From positions 64,001-128,000 of the IMG/VR virus record IMGVR_UViG_3300023283_000076: a stretch of 64,000 bases of DNA. One strand, written 5' to 3'. Below the pieces are notes generated by a model. The model saw only the letters and a list, made by a program, of their open reading frames with translations. It had not been told where the DNA came from and searched no databases. A program made the position numbers and the translations under genes. Source of the DNA: a virus (Duplodnaviria > Caudoviricetes). Below are positions 18,421 through 28,229 of this stretch, piece after piece (within the stretch, counting starts at the first letter, position 1; each line of letters begins with the position of its first letter).

Positions 18421-18717
18421 ATTTTATTACATAGAAAGCCCATTGGAGAAAAAATGGACAGCCGAAAAGAAGGAATTACAGTAAAACAACACAGCGATGG
18501 GCAGAACAGGGTTTTGACATCGTGGGATATCATGGATATACTATGGGAAGTATATTTTTACTAATTAATGTATGGTATCTTCTTAGAAAGGTCCCGGATA
18601 ATGGAATTATGTATAGTGCATACCTTATGCGATGGGGTGATGATAATGTAGAAGCGATAGATGCAATTAAACCGAATTAACGCTTGACAGATGAAATGAG
18701 ATATGTATAATAGGTTG

Positions 18718-19049
18718 CAAGTGGTCGTTTCAGAGTAAAAGCCGTAATTCAATCGGGCTTTGTACTTTAGATTGAACTAGATATTGCTGGCTGTAGGGTA
18801 ATATCATCACGTATCTACAGGGCGAGGCTACCGTCTTAGCAGTCAACATATAGTCTCAGTCTCGCAGAGACTTTATAAAACCCAGTGAGCGCGAGATTAA
18901 CTGGAAAACAATAACTGGCAGGTTGGGAGAGCGACCCAATGCCCTTGGCGACAAGGTAGCGTAGTGTGACCAGATTATGTAGAGAACGTGCAAACCTTAT
19001 TCTAGATAAGTTAGGCTAGGAGACGAGAAACTTCGAAGAATCAAATTCA
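18718..19049 (+). ncRNA. candidate large structured RNA (about 330 nt)
   Basis: promoter TTGACA-N16-TATAAT at 18684-18711; many stems, GCGA tetraloop, loop-loop complementarity; no long ORF. Confidence 0.55.
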
Positions 19050-19191
19050 GGGCACATTGTAGCAGTCTGTGAAGCGTGGCCCGCGTGGAGACTGCTATTT
19101 CAATTTCAACGGTAAATGCTCTCACCGGAGAAAATATCCACCATCGAGGGTGGTGGGAGATGTAGGTACCAAATCCTACCGGTGCCCACCA
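19050..19191 (+). ncRNA. 142-nt tRNA-like RNA ending in ACCA
   Basis: GGGCAC/GTGCCC-ACCA, GTAGG-TACCAAAT-CCTAC T-like arm, CCACCA-TCGAGGG-TGGTGG arm. Confidence 0.65.
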
Positions 19192-19264
19192 TCTTTAAAA
19201 AATTCTTGACATTAAGATGACTTTGCATTATGATGTAAAATCATATCAATAAAGGATCATATAA

Positions 19265-19582
19265 ATGAAATCAATTGAAGAATGGAGCGCAACACGTTGG
19301 ATTTTTACCGCAATGGCATCTATCATTGCAATATCAGTATTTTTCTTTGTACTGGCATCTGCCGGATTGATCGGTGAAAAGGTGGTGGAGAGAGAAGTAT
19401 TTGAAAATAGTTTTCAATATAGTGAAGCACGAAAAACTGCCATCGCTACATATGAAGCACAGTTGGCTGAAATTGATTCCCAACTTCGAAGCACCAATCT
19501 TTCAGAACGTGAAAGAAGTAATCTACGCTCCCAAGCCGCCCGTCTAAGGGTTCTACTACAAACCGAAAGGAGAAAACAGTAA
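19265..19582 (+). CDS. single-TM membrane protein, partner of downstream lipoprotein
   Basis: N-terminal TM then VEREVFENSFQY and coiled segment. Confidence 0.75.
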   Translation: MKSIEEWSATRWIFTAMASIIAISVFFFVLASAGLIGEKVVEREVFENSFQYSEARKTAIATYEAQLAEIDSQLRSTNLSERERSNLRSQAARLRVLLQTERRKQ

Positions 19583-19740
19583 TGAAAAATATTTTTAATG
19601 TGCTAGCCGCAGTAGTCGTCGTCTTTGTCATGGAATGGAGCGCAACACGTTGGATTTTTACCGCAATGGCATTTATCATTGCAATATCAGTATTTTTCTT
19701 TGTATTATCATCTGCCGGATTGATCGGTGAACCCGTCTAA
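19582..19740 (+). CDS. chimeric 52-aa hydrophobic ORF made by local duplication
   Basis: first 17 codons copy the lipoprotein signal; remainder copies the TM segment of 19265..19582. Confidence 0.55.
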   Translation: MKNIFNVLAAVVVVFVMEWSATRWIFTAMAFIIAISVFFFVLSSAGLIGEPV

Positions 19741-19774
19741 GGGTTCTACTACAAACCGAAAGGAGAAAACAGTA

Positions 19775-20341
19775 ATGAAAAATATTTTTAATGTACTAGC
19801 CGCAGTATTCGTCGTCTTTGTCATGGCAGGCTGTCAAGATACGTCTACAACTGCCGAAAGTGAATCTGTCATGAAACAACAGAAGCAGATGCTTACTAGC
19901 CAGCCTATTCCATCATTCAACTGGTCATTGGAACGTGACCTTCTGATTCAGTTGTATAATATTCGTAATGAACGTGTCAGCACCCATAGTGTATGGCGCA
20001 GTAATCATGGAATGGTTGAAGGTGATTGTCCGTCTATTGGATATGGCATTCCCTATGATACTTCTTTGACCAACCCACAGCGAGCTACGGCCCAAGCTGC
20101 TGACAAACGATACACTTCTGAATCTCTAGCCACAATTGAACAAGCTGAACCTAATGGTATCTTCGCCAGTAAGAATACGGCAGCTACATGGGTATTCTGC
20201 GTGGGTAGTGCGGGGGCGTTGAATCCAGTATACGTCGAAACCAAGGTTACTGCATATCCGTATCCAGTTGAGGTTGATTATGAGACCAACAGGGTTACTC
20301 AAGCTGGTGAATCAAGTGTTAATGTGACAGTTAACCGCTAG
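19775..20341 (+). CDS. lipoprotein
   Basis: AAGGAG SD; MKNIFNVLAAVFVVFVMAG-C lipobox. Confidence 0.8.
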   Translation: MKNIFNVLAAVFVVFVMAGCQDTSTTAESESVMKQQKQMLTSQPIPSFNWSLERDLLIQLYNIRNERVSTHSVWRSNHGMVEGDCPSIGYGIPYDTSLTNPQRATAQAADKRYTSESLATIEQAEPNGIFASKNTAATWVFCVGSAGALNPVYVETKVTAYPYPVEVDYETNRVTQAGESSVNVTVNR

Positions 20342-20452
20342 ATTAATTGAAAAGTAGTCAATATAATAATGAAACAGGGGGCTCCCCTGTTTCTTTTTCA
20401 ACAGAATGTAAGTTTCCCTTGACATTTACAAAAATAATGGTATATTGAAACC

Positions 20453-21226
20453 ATGACGACATTAATCAAAAACCGAGAAATGTACGATACTTTCATTGAA
20501 TTGCTTCCAGAGTTGGAGCGTGATGAAGTTTATTTTCTTTCATTGTCAGCACGTAACAAATACCTAACCGAAAATGAACGTGAAGCCTATTCTCTTGGTA
20601 AAACTGAAATGTTTTCACGACACATTGCACATGATAAGGAAGGCATTGAATATGCTATCAAGAAAATGGAAGCCGAACTGGAAGTAAAGACTACTCGTGG
20701 TGGGCATAGAATTCCAGAGAAAGCATTGGTAGTATACTTTAATATTCATCCTTCTTCAATGATCAAAGCGTATACTTCATTCAAACAACAAATGAACTCG
20801 CATTACGATGAAATTATTAAATCATTGATGAAGGGAACTAATCCACATTGCCATCCATTCTTAGGAATGTGTACTAAGTTGATGAGTCATATACAAAAAT
20901 GCTCTTCAAGAAAGGAATGGGTGGATATAGATATTGATGCACCTGCTGAAGAAACCGCATTGCGATACTCTGCGGCTATAGCTAATGCTTTATTCATGCA
21001 TTCTATCAATAATGTGAAAATCAAGACTCAGGGTGGCATTCATCTTTTGGTGAATCGGAACGATCTTAACACAAAGCCAATGGACGTTCCGTTACATAAA
21101 CTTATTGAAAACATGCATAAAGAACTCAAAGAGTTAAATGGTGAATGCAAATTTAACGATAACGCTATGGTGCCGTTACCGGGAACTAATCAAGCTGGTA
21201 AATTGGTAGAACTCTTGACAATTTAG
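20453..21226 (+). CDS. protein with AEP (primase-polymerase)-like motifs
   Basis: VDIDID, TQGGIH, PLPGT. Confidence 0.5.
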   Translation: MTTLIKNREMYDTFIELLPELERDEVYFLSLSARNKYLTENEREAYSLGKTEMFSRHIAHDKEGIEYAIKKMEAELEVKTTRGGHRIPEKALVVYFNIHPSSMIKAYTSFKQQMNSHYDEIIKSLMKGTNPHCHPFLGMCTKLMSHIQKCSSRKEWVDIDIDAPAEETALRYSAAIANALFMHSINNVKIKTQGGIHLLVNRNDLNTKPMDVPLHKLIENMHKELKELNGECKFNDNAMVPLPGTNQAGKLVELLTI

Positions 21227-21273
21227 TTATGATTTGATATGATCTAATTTTACAAACAGGCATGGAAAAGTAA

Positions 21274-21741
21274 ATGAATCCCGGTACACATTATTCGATG
21301 GCATTTGATTTAAATCGTATGCAAACACTGTGTAATGAAGCTGCTTTTAAATTAAATGAATATCAAAAGGAAAATAAGTGTGACATTGTTTTCGTTTATT
21401 CTGGGATGTCTGGAATAGCTACAGCAACAGCATTGGCGCATTATCTATATTGTGGCTATGATATTGCTGCGCATATGATCTATGTACGTAAGGAAAATGA
21501 TATTAATCATAATGGATCAAATGTTGAATGGAGCGACAATGACCTAAAATATCATAAAGCTGTGGTCTTTTTTGTCGATGATCTTATTGAAAGTGGAGAT
21601 ACGTTTAATCATACACGAGATTATGCAAGTAAAGCAACGTTTATAAAAACAGAAAAACTTACTAATAAACATATAGGCGAAATTCTTATTGGATTTGATT
21701 TGAATTTTAATGTTCCTCAAAAACATACAATGATTGTTTAA
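21274..21741 (+). CDS. type I phosphoribosyltransferase-like protein
   Basis: VFFVDDLIESGDT PRPP-binding motif, SGMSG loop. Confidence 0.75.
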   Translation: MNPGTHYSMAFDLNRMQTLCNEAAFKLNEYQKENKCDIVFVYSGMSGIATATALAHYLYCGYDIAAHMIYVRKENDINHNGSNVEWSDNDLKYHKAVVFFVDDLIESGDTFNHTRDYASKATFIKTEKLTNKHIGEILIGFDLNFNVPQKHTMIV

Positions 21742-21761
21742 TTATGGCTGAGGATAGATAG

Positions 21762-21971
21762 ATGTTTGATAAAAGAACTTTTTATGGTAATATTGTTACA
21801 GTACATGTTAGATCTAACAATATTGTTCATGTTAAACATAACATATATGATTACGAACATGAAATACCATTAAATGATGCCATCAATAATGGTAAAATTA
21901 TCAGTGAGGATAGAACCAAACAATATCATTTCTCTCTGCCCATAATAGAATGGTTGAAAAATTTTAAATAA
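21762..21971 (+). CDS. hypothetical protein
   Basis: GAGG SD, co-oriented. Confidence 0.55.
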   Translation: MFDKRTFYGNIVTVHVRSNNIVHVKHNIYDYEHEIPLNDAINNGKIISEDRTKQYHFSLPIIEWLKNFK

Positions 21972-21982
21972 AGGAAAAATTC

Positions 21983-22195
21983 ATGAAAGAATATGGATAT
22001 ACACTGTATACAAATACAGGTAAAAAAATTAGAGGAACTGTCACGAGTAAGAATGAATCAATTGCAAATTCAACTGTGAAGGAAATTGAAAACTCTAGGC
22101 AAGATGTTGAGTTTGCTACAATTGATAGTCTTGATATGCCTTGTGATTATGATTGGGACGAAGAATGTAAGGCATGGCAGTCAAAAATGTTTTAA
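21983..22195 (+). CDS. hypothetical protein
   Basis: AAGGA SD, co-oriented. Confidence 0.6.
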   Translation: MKEYGYTLYTNTGKKIRGTVTSKNESIANSTVKEIENSRQDVEFATIDSLDMPCDYDWDEECKAWQSKMF

Positions 22196-22258
22196 TATGC
22201 TCTTGACAATATTTTAAAATAAAGGTATAGTTATATAATCACATAATACAACATAGGA

Positions 22259-22945
22259 GTGATACATATGGAAACACAAACAATAGAAGTACTTAAAAAT
22301 CATGGTCTTGAAATTAACGAAGAAGTTGATTCTGAAAATTTGGCATCTCAGCTAGGTGAAATGGATGTATGTGATCTGTGGCCTATTGTCGAAGACTTTA
22401 CTGGTGATGAAACTATCGGAATTGATGGAAACGAACAGATACAAGGGCTGACTCTTAGTTATGCTTTGGTTGATGCCTTTGAAAATAATCTTGATCATAT
22501 TGGACAGGCAGAAATCGACGGTGCTCTCAAAAAGGCAACTGAAACTGTTAATAAGATGACAGAAGAAGAAACTGTCACCGATGAGAGTGCTGAGAGTGCT
22601 ACGCCCAAGATTAATAAAAAAGATATCGTAAGTGGTCTTGTTCAAGAAAATCCTACTGCATTAGCTGATGAAATTGTCGCAATGGCTGTCGAAGCTGATT
22701 CTACCATCAATGAATCGACTGCTAAACAATATTATTATAATGTTCGAAAAGAGTTGAATATGGCACCTGTAGGGAAACGAGGCCGTAAACCATCCGACAC
22801 ACTTGATCGTATTAAGAGTATGCTAGAAGGAAACCTCGATACGCCCAAGGCAGAAATGGTTGAATCTATTGTAGATAAACTTGGTCTTACCGAGGGCACT
22901 GCAGCAACATATTACTCAAAAGTCAAGAAACAACTGAAATCGTAA
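22259..22945 (+). CDS. putative DNA-binding protein with duplicated helical domain; paralog of 34265..34999
   Basis: repeated ..TA..YY..V.K unit separated by GKRGRK; own promoter and terminator. Confidence 0.7.
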   Translation: MIHMETQTIEVLKNHGLEINEEVDSENLASQLGEMDVCDLWPIVEDFTGDETIGIDGNEQIQGLTLSYALVDAFENNLDHIGQAEIDGALKKATETVNKMTEEETVTDESAESATPKINKKDIVSGLVQENPTALADEIVAMAVEADSTINESTAKQYYYNVRKELNMAPVGKRGRKPSDTLDRIKSMLEGNLDTPKAEMVESIVDKLGLTEGTAATYYSKVKKQLKS

Positions 22946-23010
22946 ACAATTAACAAATAAAGGTGGGACCACGACAGTCCCACCTTTTAAATAATTAAAG
23001 GATATCATAT

Positions 23011-23208
23011 ATGAGAAAGAAGAATTTTCCAGAACGTAAGAAAGCTCGACGCCGTCAGGCTCTTGAACAAGTAAATGCACGTATTAAGCGTGGTGGTAAA
23101 GCTGCTAACTCTGATGAACGTGAAAGCAAGGGTATCACAGGAAATAAGGAAGCTCAACGTCTTGAACAGGCTAAGTATGAAAAAGCTCTACTAGAAAAAA
23201 GAGTTTGA
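23011..23208 (+). CDS. small basic protein
   Basis: AAGGA SD; K/R-rich. Confidence 0.65.
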   Translation: MRKKNFPERKKARRRQALEQVNARIKRGGKAANSDERESKGITGNKEAQRLEQAKYEKALLEKRV

Positions 23209-23393
23209 TGGAATCGTACTTAATAGAGTTGTGGAAGGAACTTGACCCATTGCGCAATATTTGGCTTTGGGTCGTTCTTGCTGGAATTCTTATATTTTTT
23301 TATTTGACGTTCAAGCTCTGGTTAGGTATAATTATCCTAATGGGAGCAATTACTGCTTATCGTAGATTTAACAAAAATCAACATAATCATTGA
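23205..23393 (+). CDS. small membrane protein
   Basis: hydrophobic core, overlap coupling. Confidence 0.55.
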   Translation: MMESYLIELWKELDPLRNIWLWVVLAGILIFFYLTFKLWLGIIILMGAITAYRRFNKNQHNH

Positions 23394-23435
23394 TCTCGAT
23401 GTGTCCAAGAACTTATGGCTTGACAGCGTAGCTTA

Positions 23436-23666
23436 ATGACATTAAACTGCTGGAACTCTTTTAAGGAATCTCTCATGAACGAAATGCGAAAGATTGAAGT
23501 GTCCAAGGGAAAATACATTCTTTACAATGGTACTTTTTTTGTCAAATCATGCGGCGAACATATTGTATGGACTTCTGCAAGACAGGATGCATATGTGTTC
23601 GATTCAAACATTCAAGTAGAAGATTGCCTTGAAAAAATAAATAAATTTCTTCGTAATAGTACTTGA
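23436..23666 (+). CDS. hypothetical protein
   Basis: co-oriented ORF; true start probably the internal Met. Confidence 0.5.
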   Translation: MTLNCWNSFKESLMNEMRKIEVSKGKYILYNGTFFVKSCGEHIVWTSARQDAYVFDSNIQVEDCLEKINKFLRNST

Positions 23667-24005
23667 CAGACATGAATTTTTCTGTATAATGGTTCACATG
23701 GTCATCGGGACCAGACATTAACATTAACCCTTCAATCAGGAGAATATAAAATGAGCAATCGTACTCGGGAATACACTCTAGAAGTCTATCGCAACAAGCG
23801 CTATCGTACCGTTCATGCTTCTCGCAAGATTTCACAATGTCTCAAGCGGGTGGAAAGCATGTATAATCGTTGCCGTATTCGCCTGAACGGGGAATCTGTA
23901 GTGCACCAGTTTGCTGCCCGTCAGTAATCCTCAACTCAAACGTGTGGGGAAGGAAATTCCTTCCTCATACTACCCAGTTTATAACATCTAATACGTGATA
24001 TATTA

Positions 24006-24197
24006 ATGTTTTCATTTCATAAAGGATCAAATTCCATGCAGACAAACTTTGATGTGTACCAAAATGGAAAACTAATTCACATTCTTCAATTTAACTATGA
24101 AGTAAGTCCACAAAAAATTCGTGAAGATATGCAAAATAGAGATGGATTTGAAGGTCCGCTTGTGATAGTTAAAAAACCTATGATTAAAACTAAATAA
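24006..24197 (+). CDS. hypothetical protein
   Basis: co-oriented ORF. Confidence 0.5.
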   Translation: MFSFHKGSNSMQTNFDVYQNGKLIHILQFNYEVSPQKIREDMQNRDGFEGPLVIVKKPMIKTK

Positions 24198-24221
24198 ATA
24201 AGTTATTTAAAAGGAAGACAA

Positions 24222-24782
24222 GTGAATAATATATTGAGAGATATAATATTAACCAGTATGTATATATTTTTATGTCTATGGATGTGTGTTCATGTATTCA
24301 TGGAAATTACCGGAAACTATTATTCTCGGGAAGTTCCTTTAGAAATTGAGCTTAACCCGGAATCACTTTATGATGGAGAACATATTGATATCGCATCCCC
24401 TGAAATTCTGTGCCTAGCTAAAAACATATACCATGAAGCTCGCGGTGAAGGAATTAAAGGAATGAGTGCAGTAGCTGCCGTAACATTGAATAGGGTAAAT
24501 TCATATTATTATCCTGATAATATATGTGATGTAGTATATCAACCATTTCAATTTTCATGGGTTTATGAAAACATGAAAATTGATTATACTAACCCCATTA
24601 ATTTAACATCGTGGGAAACTTCAAAAAAAGTAGCATTGATGATATTGAATAATGGAATCCCTTCTGATATGATAGATGTTTTACATTACCATGCTGACCA
24701 TATTAAACCTGATTGGTCTGATAGTAAAATTGAACATAAAAGAATAGCGAATCACATTTTCTATACGAATGCAGGAACTTAA
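24222..24782 (+). CDS. SleB/Hydrolase_2-family cell wall hydrolase with N-terminal TM
   Basis: CLAKNIYHEARGE, VTLNRV, ICDVVYQPFQFSW, YHAD..KPDW, NHIFY. Confidence 0.88.
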   Translation: MNNILRDIILTSMYIFLCLWMCVHVFMEITGNYYSREVPLEIELNPESLYDGEHIDIASPEILCLAKNIYHEARGEGIKGMSAVAAVTLNRVNSYYYPDNICDVVYQPFQFSWVYENMKIDYTNPINLTSWETSKKVALMILNNGIPSDMIDVLHYHADHIKPDWSDSKIEHKRIANHIFYTNAGT

Positions 24783-25193
24783 TTATGGTCGATCTCAACA
24801 CTAGAATAATTTTCTTTGATATAGATTAGGAGTATAATACATGTTAACTGAACATCAACGTAATATGATTAATGAGCTTCGTGATTGTGGATGTGCTGTT
24901 ACTGTCTTCCAACCAGAAGAGATGAAAGGTGTTGACCCTGAATTGATTGAAGAAGGGCTAATAGTTGAGGGTAACACTATTATTGAAAAGCTGTCTCAAG
25001 AATAATGGGTAACTTCTTGTCTAAAAAGGAAAAATGGACACTTGTAATTCTTTATGTGATAGTAATCATAGAATTTGCGGCTGTTATATATGCAGTTTTC
25101 AATCAATGAAGAGAAATTAATTGTAAATGGGGGTTGCAATATCTGAATTTTTCTGTATAATAGATTTCACATTCATTGATAGGAGAGTATTTG

Positions 25194-25700
25194 ATGCATA
25201 CCATTCGTGAAGCACGTTAAGAAGTTGAAAAGTGCCTTGAGCGTGCAAAGGAACTCTTTGGTTTTAACGCGGACATAGACATTTCTTTTGACAAGCGTGG
25301 TCGTATTGCTGGAACAGCACATAACTTGCCTAATGGATATGCCTTGAAATTCAATCATCAATTGCTCGAAAACGAACATTGGAGAGAATTGATTGATGAA
25401 ACGATTCCCCATGAGGTCGCACATATTGTCTGCTACTTTAATCCTACTCTTGGTAAGAATCATAACCAAGGCTGGCGTAGAGTATGCAGAATGTTGGGTG
25501 GTCGTGGTGATCGTACTCATAATATGCCGCTCAAACGTGCTAGGGTAACTCGCAAGGCAATCTATGATATCAATGGTAAGACTACCCATATCGGTCTTAC
25601 TGTACATCGTAGAATCCAACAGGGAAGGTCTTATACCATGCGTGGTGCTGGCAAGATTCACCCTACTCACTTCACTGGAGAGATTGTAGAAGTAAAATAA
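25194..25700 (+). pseudogene. sprT: SprT-family metalloprotease with in-frame TAA at 25218
   Basis: promoter and AGGAG leader, MHTIREAR*EVEKCLERAKELF...RIAGTA...ETIPHEVAHIV...HNQGWRRVC. Confidence 0.75.
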
Positions 25701-25968
25701 GACTTGACAAAACCCTCGATGGTTGATACTATTACAACCATCGAGGATGTTTTAAGAGTGACTTTAACACTGGCCTTACATTTTAAGACGCTGCCAGTCA
25801 CCCTTTCCTCAGGAATATTGGATGAGTTGATGAATGGTGCGGATTCAATAGCAATCCAATCTTGGAATCACGAGGATCATTCAGTAAGTTAGAGTCACTC
25901 TTAAAGCATTATAAGACTGTAATAAGCAGACTAATAAACTGGATTCAACATAGATACGGGACATAAAA

Positions 25969-26259
25969 ATGAGAACTCTAGAACAAATCGAACAAGAATA
26001 TCGGAGAGTTAGTGATATTCTTTCATGGGAAGCTGTTACGGAAGAAAGTTTGTTAGAACTTCCCTTCCCAGACGATGTAAACTTCGTGCAGTTTACAGGC
26101 CGTATGAATAACAGATTCGTGCGAGGTCGTCTTACTCGGGATCGTTCCGGTACTGTTAGTGTTAACATCGATCATACCATGTTGGCATGTAATTTACATG
26201 ATGCAATCAGAGCACTACACACCGAAGCAGGTGAAGTGTATTTGGCAAACAATTCTTGA
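25969..26259 (+). CDS. hypothetical protein
   Basis: co-oriented ORF. Confidence 0.6.
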   Translation: MRTLEQIEQEYRRVSDILSWEAVTEESLLELPFPDDVNFVQFTGRMNNRFVRGRLTRDRSGTVSVNIDHTMLACNLHDAIRALHTEAGEVYLANNS

Positions 26260-26282
26260 CAAATCTGGAATCTATTGTATAA

Positions 26283-26600
26283 TTGTTTCATCATTTAAAT
26301 AAAGGAACCATAATGTCAAAAGTATATCGATTCTATAGTGATCCCGGTCATGGATGGCTAGCAGTAAAAATTACTGATCTTGTGCGATTGGGCATTGTAG
26401 AAAAAATTACCAGTTTTTCATATATTCGTGGCAAGACTGCGTATCTTGAAGAGGATGCAGACTTATCCACCTTTGTTAAAGCATTAAAGGCCAATGGTGA
26501 AGAATTCTTAAATAAAGAGGGTTCATATAATGACTCTCGCAGTCATATTCGATCATATGATCAATATACACTACAAAAAGCATTGAATGCTATCAAATAA
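26283..26600 (+). CDS. conserved phage early protein
   Basis: FYSDPGHGWLAV...AYLEEDAD recurring phage pattern. Confidence 0.75.
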   Translation: MFHHLNKGTIMSKVYRFYSDPGHGWLAVKITDLVRLGIVEKITSFSYIRGKTAYLEEDADLSTFVKALKANGEEFLNKEGSYNDSRSHIRSYDQYTLQKALNAIK

Positions 26601-26794
26601 AGGAATCTCCAATGAATACACATGATAATAATCAAGCTATCTATGAAGAGCTTAAGAAACGATTTCCTGAACTCTGGACTGATGAACCTCTTCCCGGTGC
26701 AGATGCTGTAGATCGTCTAGTTTGGTGGAAAAAACAGCTTGACAACATTGACGAAGAATGATAATATACAATTAAATCAAACGTAAGGAAACCC

Positions 26795-27307
26795 ATGGAA
26801 GATTTTACTCGTATTGTCTGTCCCGGTGAAGCTTTTGTGAATGATACCATTTTTAAAAAGGTAATTTGCAGAATTTCATATGCTAATGGAAAATTGACGA
26901 TTACTGGTGTACATGGCCCGAAACGTAATGGCGATGCGTTTGGATCATGTGGTCAGATTAACCTTGAAAAACTCGATTTTGATTCATTCGAGGATGGATG
27001 GACGCAAGAGCGTCTTAACATGTTTATCAGTATTTGGAAAAGATTTCACCTGAATGATGTAAATGCTGGTTCACCTGCTCAACAGTTTTATTTGCAGAAT
27101 AATCCTATTGAGGGTGGCCAGTTGAACCATTACGAAAGGGCATGTGAAGCATTGGAGTTAGCAAGGTTGAACCCTGACCCTTATTATATTCATAATGGTA
27201 AGCCTTACTTATATGGCTCTGCATGGATTTCAATGGATGTACCTGAATGGGCATTGAAATGGCTCCACGATCTCCCGGAGACTAACAGAAATTACGCTTG
27301 GGTTTAA
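26795..27307 (+). CDS. conserved phage early protein
   Basis: GSCGQ...HLNDVNAG...YLYGSAW pattern. Confidence 0.75.
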   Translation: MEDFTRIVCPGEAFVNDTIFKKVICRISYANGKLTITGVHGPKRNGDAFGSCGQINLEKLDFDSFEDGWTQERLNMFISIWKRFHLNDVNAGSPAQQFYLQNNPIEGGQLNHYERACEALELARLNPDPYYIHNGKPYLYGSAWISMDVPEWALKWLHDLPETNRNYAWV

Positions 27308-27528
27308 GATTCCCTGTCAGTGAATGGTCAGTGGAATGTAAGGGCACAAAACATCGTGCCCCTTTTTTAATCGTATTCTAGGGCCTTTACTCCATCATAA
27401 TCCATTTGTCAAAAACTTTCGACGGAACTACATCACATAAAAAATTTACAATTATTTTCGGAAATCGGTTGACAGATTAATCATGATGCTGTATAATTGT
27501 ACTCACACTCACTGATAGAAAAAACAAC

Positions 27529-28029
27529 ATGCGAACAGTAAATCTTACATGTACACAATACTTCAATAATGCCGGTCAACTGTTCCTTACGGAATACAGG
27601 CTGAATGATCAACTTCATCGAGAAGATGGTCCGGCATATCAAGAATGGAATTATGCCGGTCAACTGATCCGTAAGGAATATTGGCTGAATGATCAACTTC
27701 ATCGAGAAGATGGTCCAGCAATCCAAAACTGGAATGATGCTGGTCAACTGATCCGTAAGGAATATTGGCTGAATGATCAACTTCATCGAGAAGATGGTCC
27801 AGCATATCAACAATGGAACGATGATGGTCAACTGTTCTTTGAAGCATACTGGTTGAATGATCAACTTCATCGAAAAGAGGGTCCAGCAATCAAAGGATGG
27901 AATGATGCTGATCAACTGATCCGTGAGGAATACTGGCTGAATGGAAAAATTGTTGACTCTTTGCCGGATTCATACGATAATAAAATCGTAGAGATTGATG
28001 GCAAGAAGTTTCGGCTTCAAAAGATTTAA
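27529..28029 (+). CDS. LHREDGPA (MORN-variant-like) repeat protein
   Basis: about 4.5 tandem 28-aa (84-bp) units. Confidence 0.85.
   Translation: MRTVNLTCTQYFNNAGQLFLTEYRLNDQLHREDGPAYQEWNYAGQLIRKEYWLNDQLHREDGPAIQNWNDAGQLIRKEYWLNDQLHREDGPAYQQWNDDGQLFFEAYWLNDQLHRKEGPAIKGWNDADQLIREEYWLNGKIVDSLPDSYDNKIVEIDGKKFRLQKI
27560..27945 (+). repeat. 84-bp coding tandem repeat
   Basis: TGAATGATCAACTTCATCGA recurs every 84 bp (about 27601, 27685, 27769, 27853). Confidence 0.9.
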
Positions 28030-28229
28030 TCCTAGTCAGTGAATGGTCAGTGGAATGTAAGGGCACAGAGCATCGTGCCCTTTTTTATTTTCTATTCTAC
28101 AACCTTTACCATATTATTCCCATACTGTCAAGTAAAAAATTAAAAAATAATTTCAAAAAACTATTGCATTTCTTAAATTGTTTAGTATAATTTCACTGCA
28201 CTTTCCAAAAACAGTTAAGGATATTCATA

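Noticed and set aside
18782-19014. Group I intron: P-like TTGCTGG, Q-like TTAGCAG and R-like GCAGAGACT
   Set aside because: No convincing S element after R, no P6 pairing and no interrupted exon on either side
18904-19191. tmRNA: ATAACT-GGC resume-like motif, a 15-codon frame GRLGERPNALGDKVA* (18917-18964) and a downstream CCA end
   Set aside because: No G3:U70 alanine determinant, the CCA stem pairs best with GGGCAC downstream of the putative tag, and the tag start is buried in a hairpin. An ARAGORN or Rfam tmRNA hit would reverse this.
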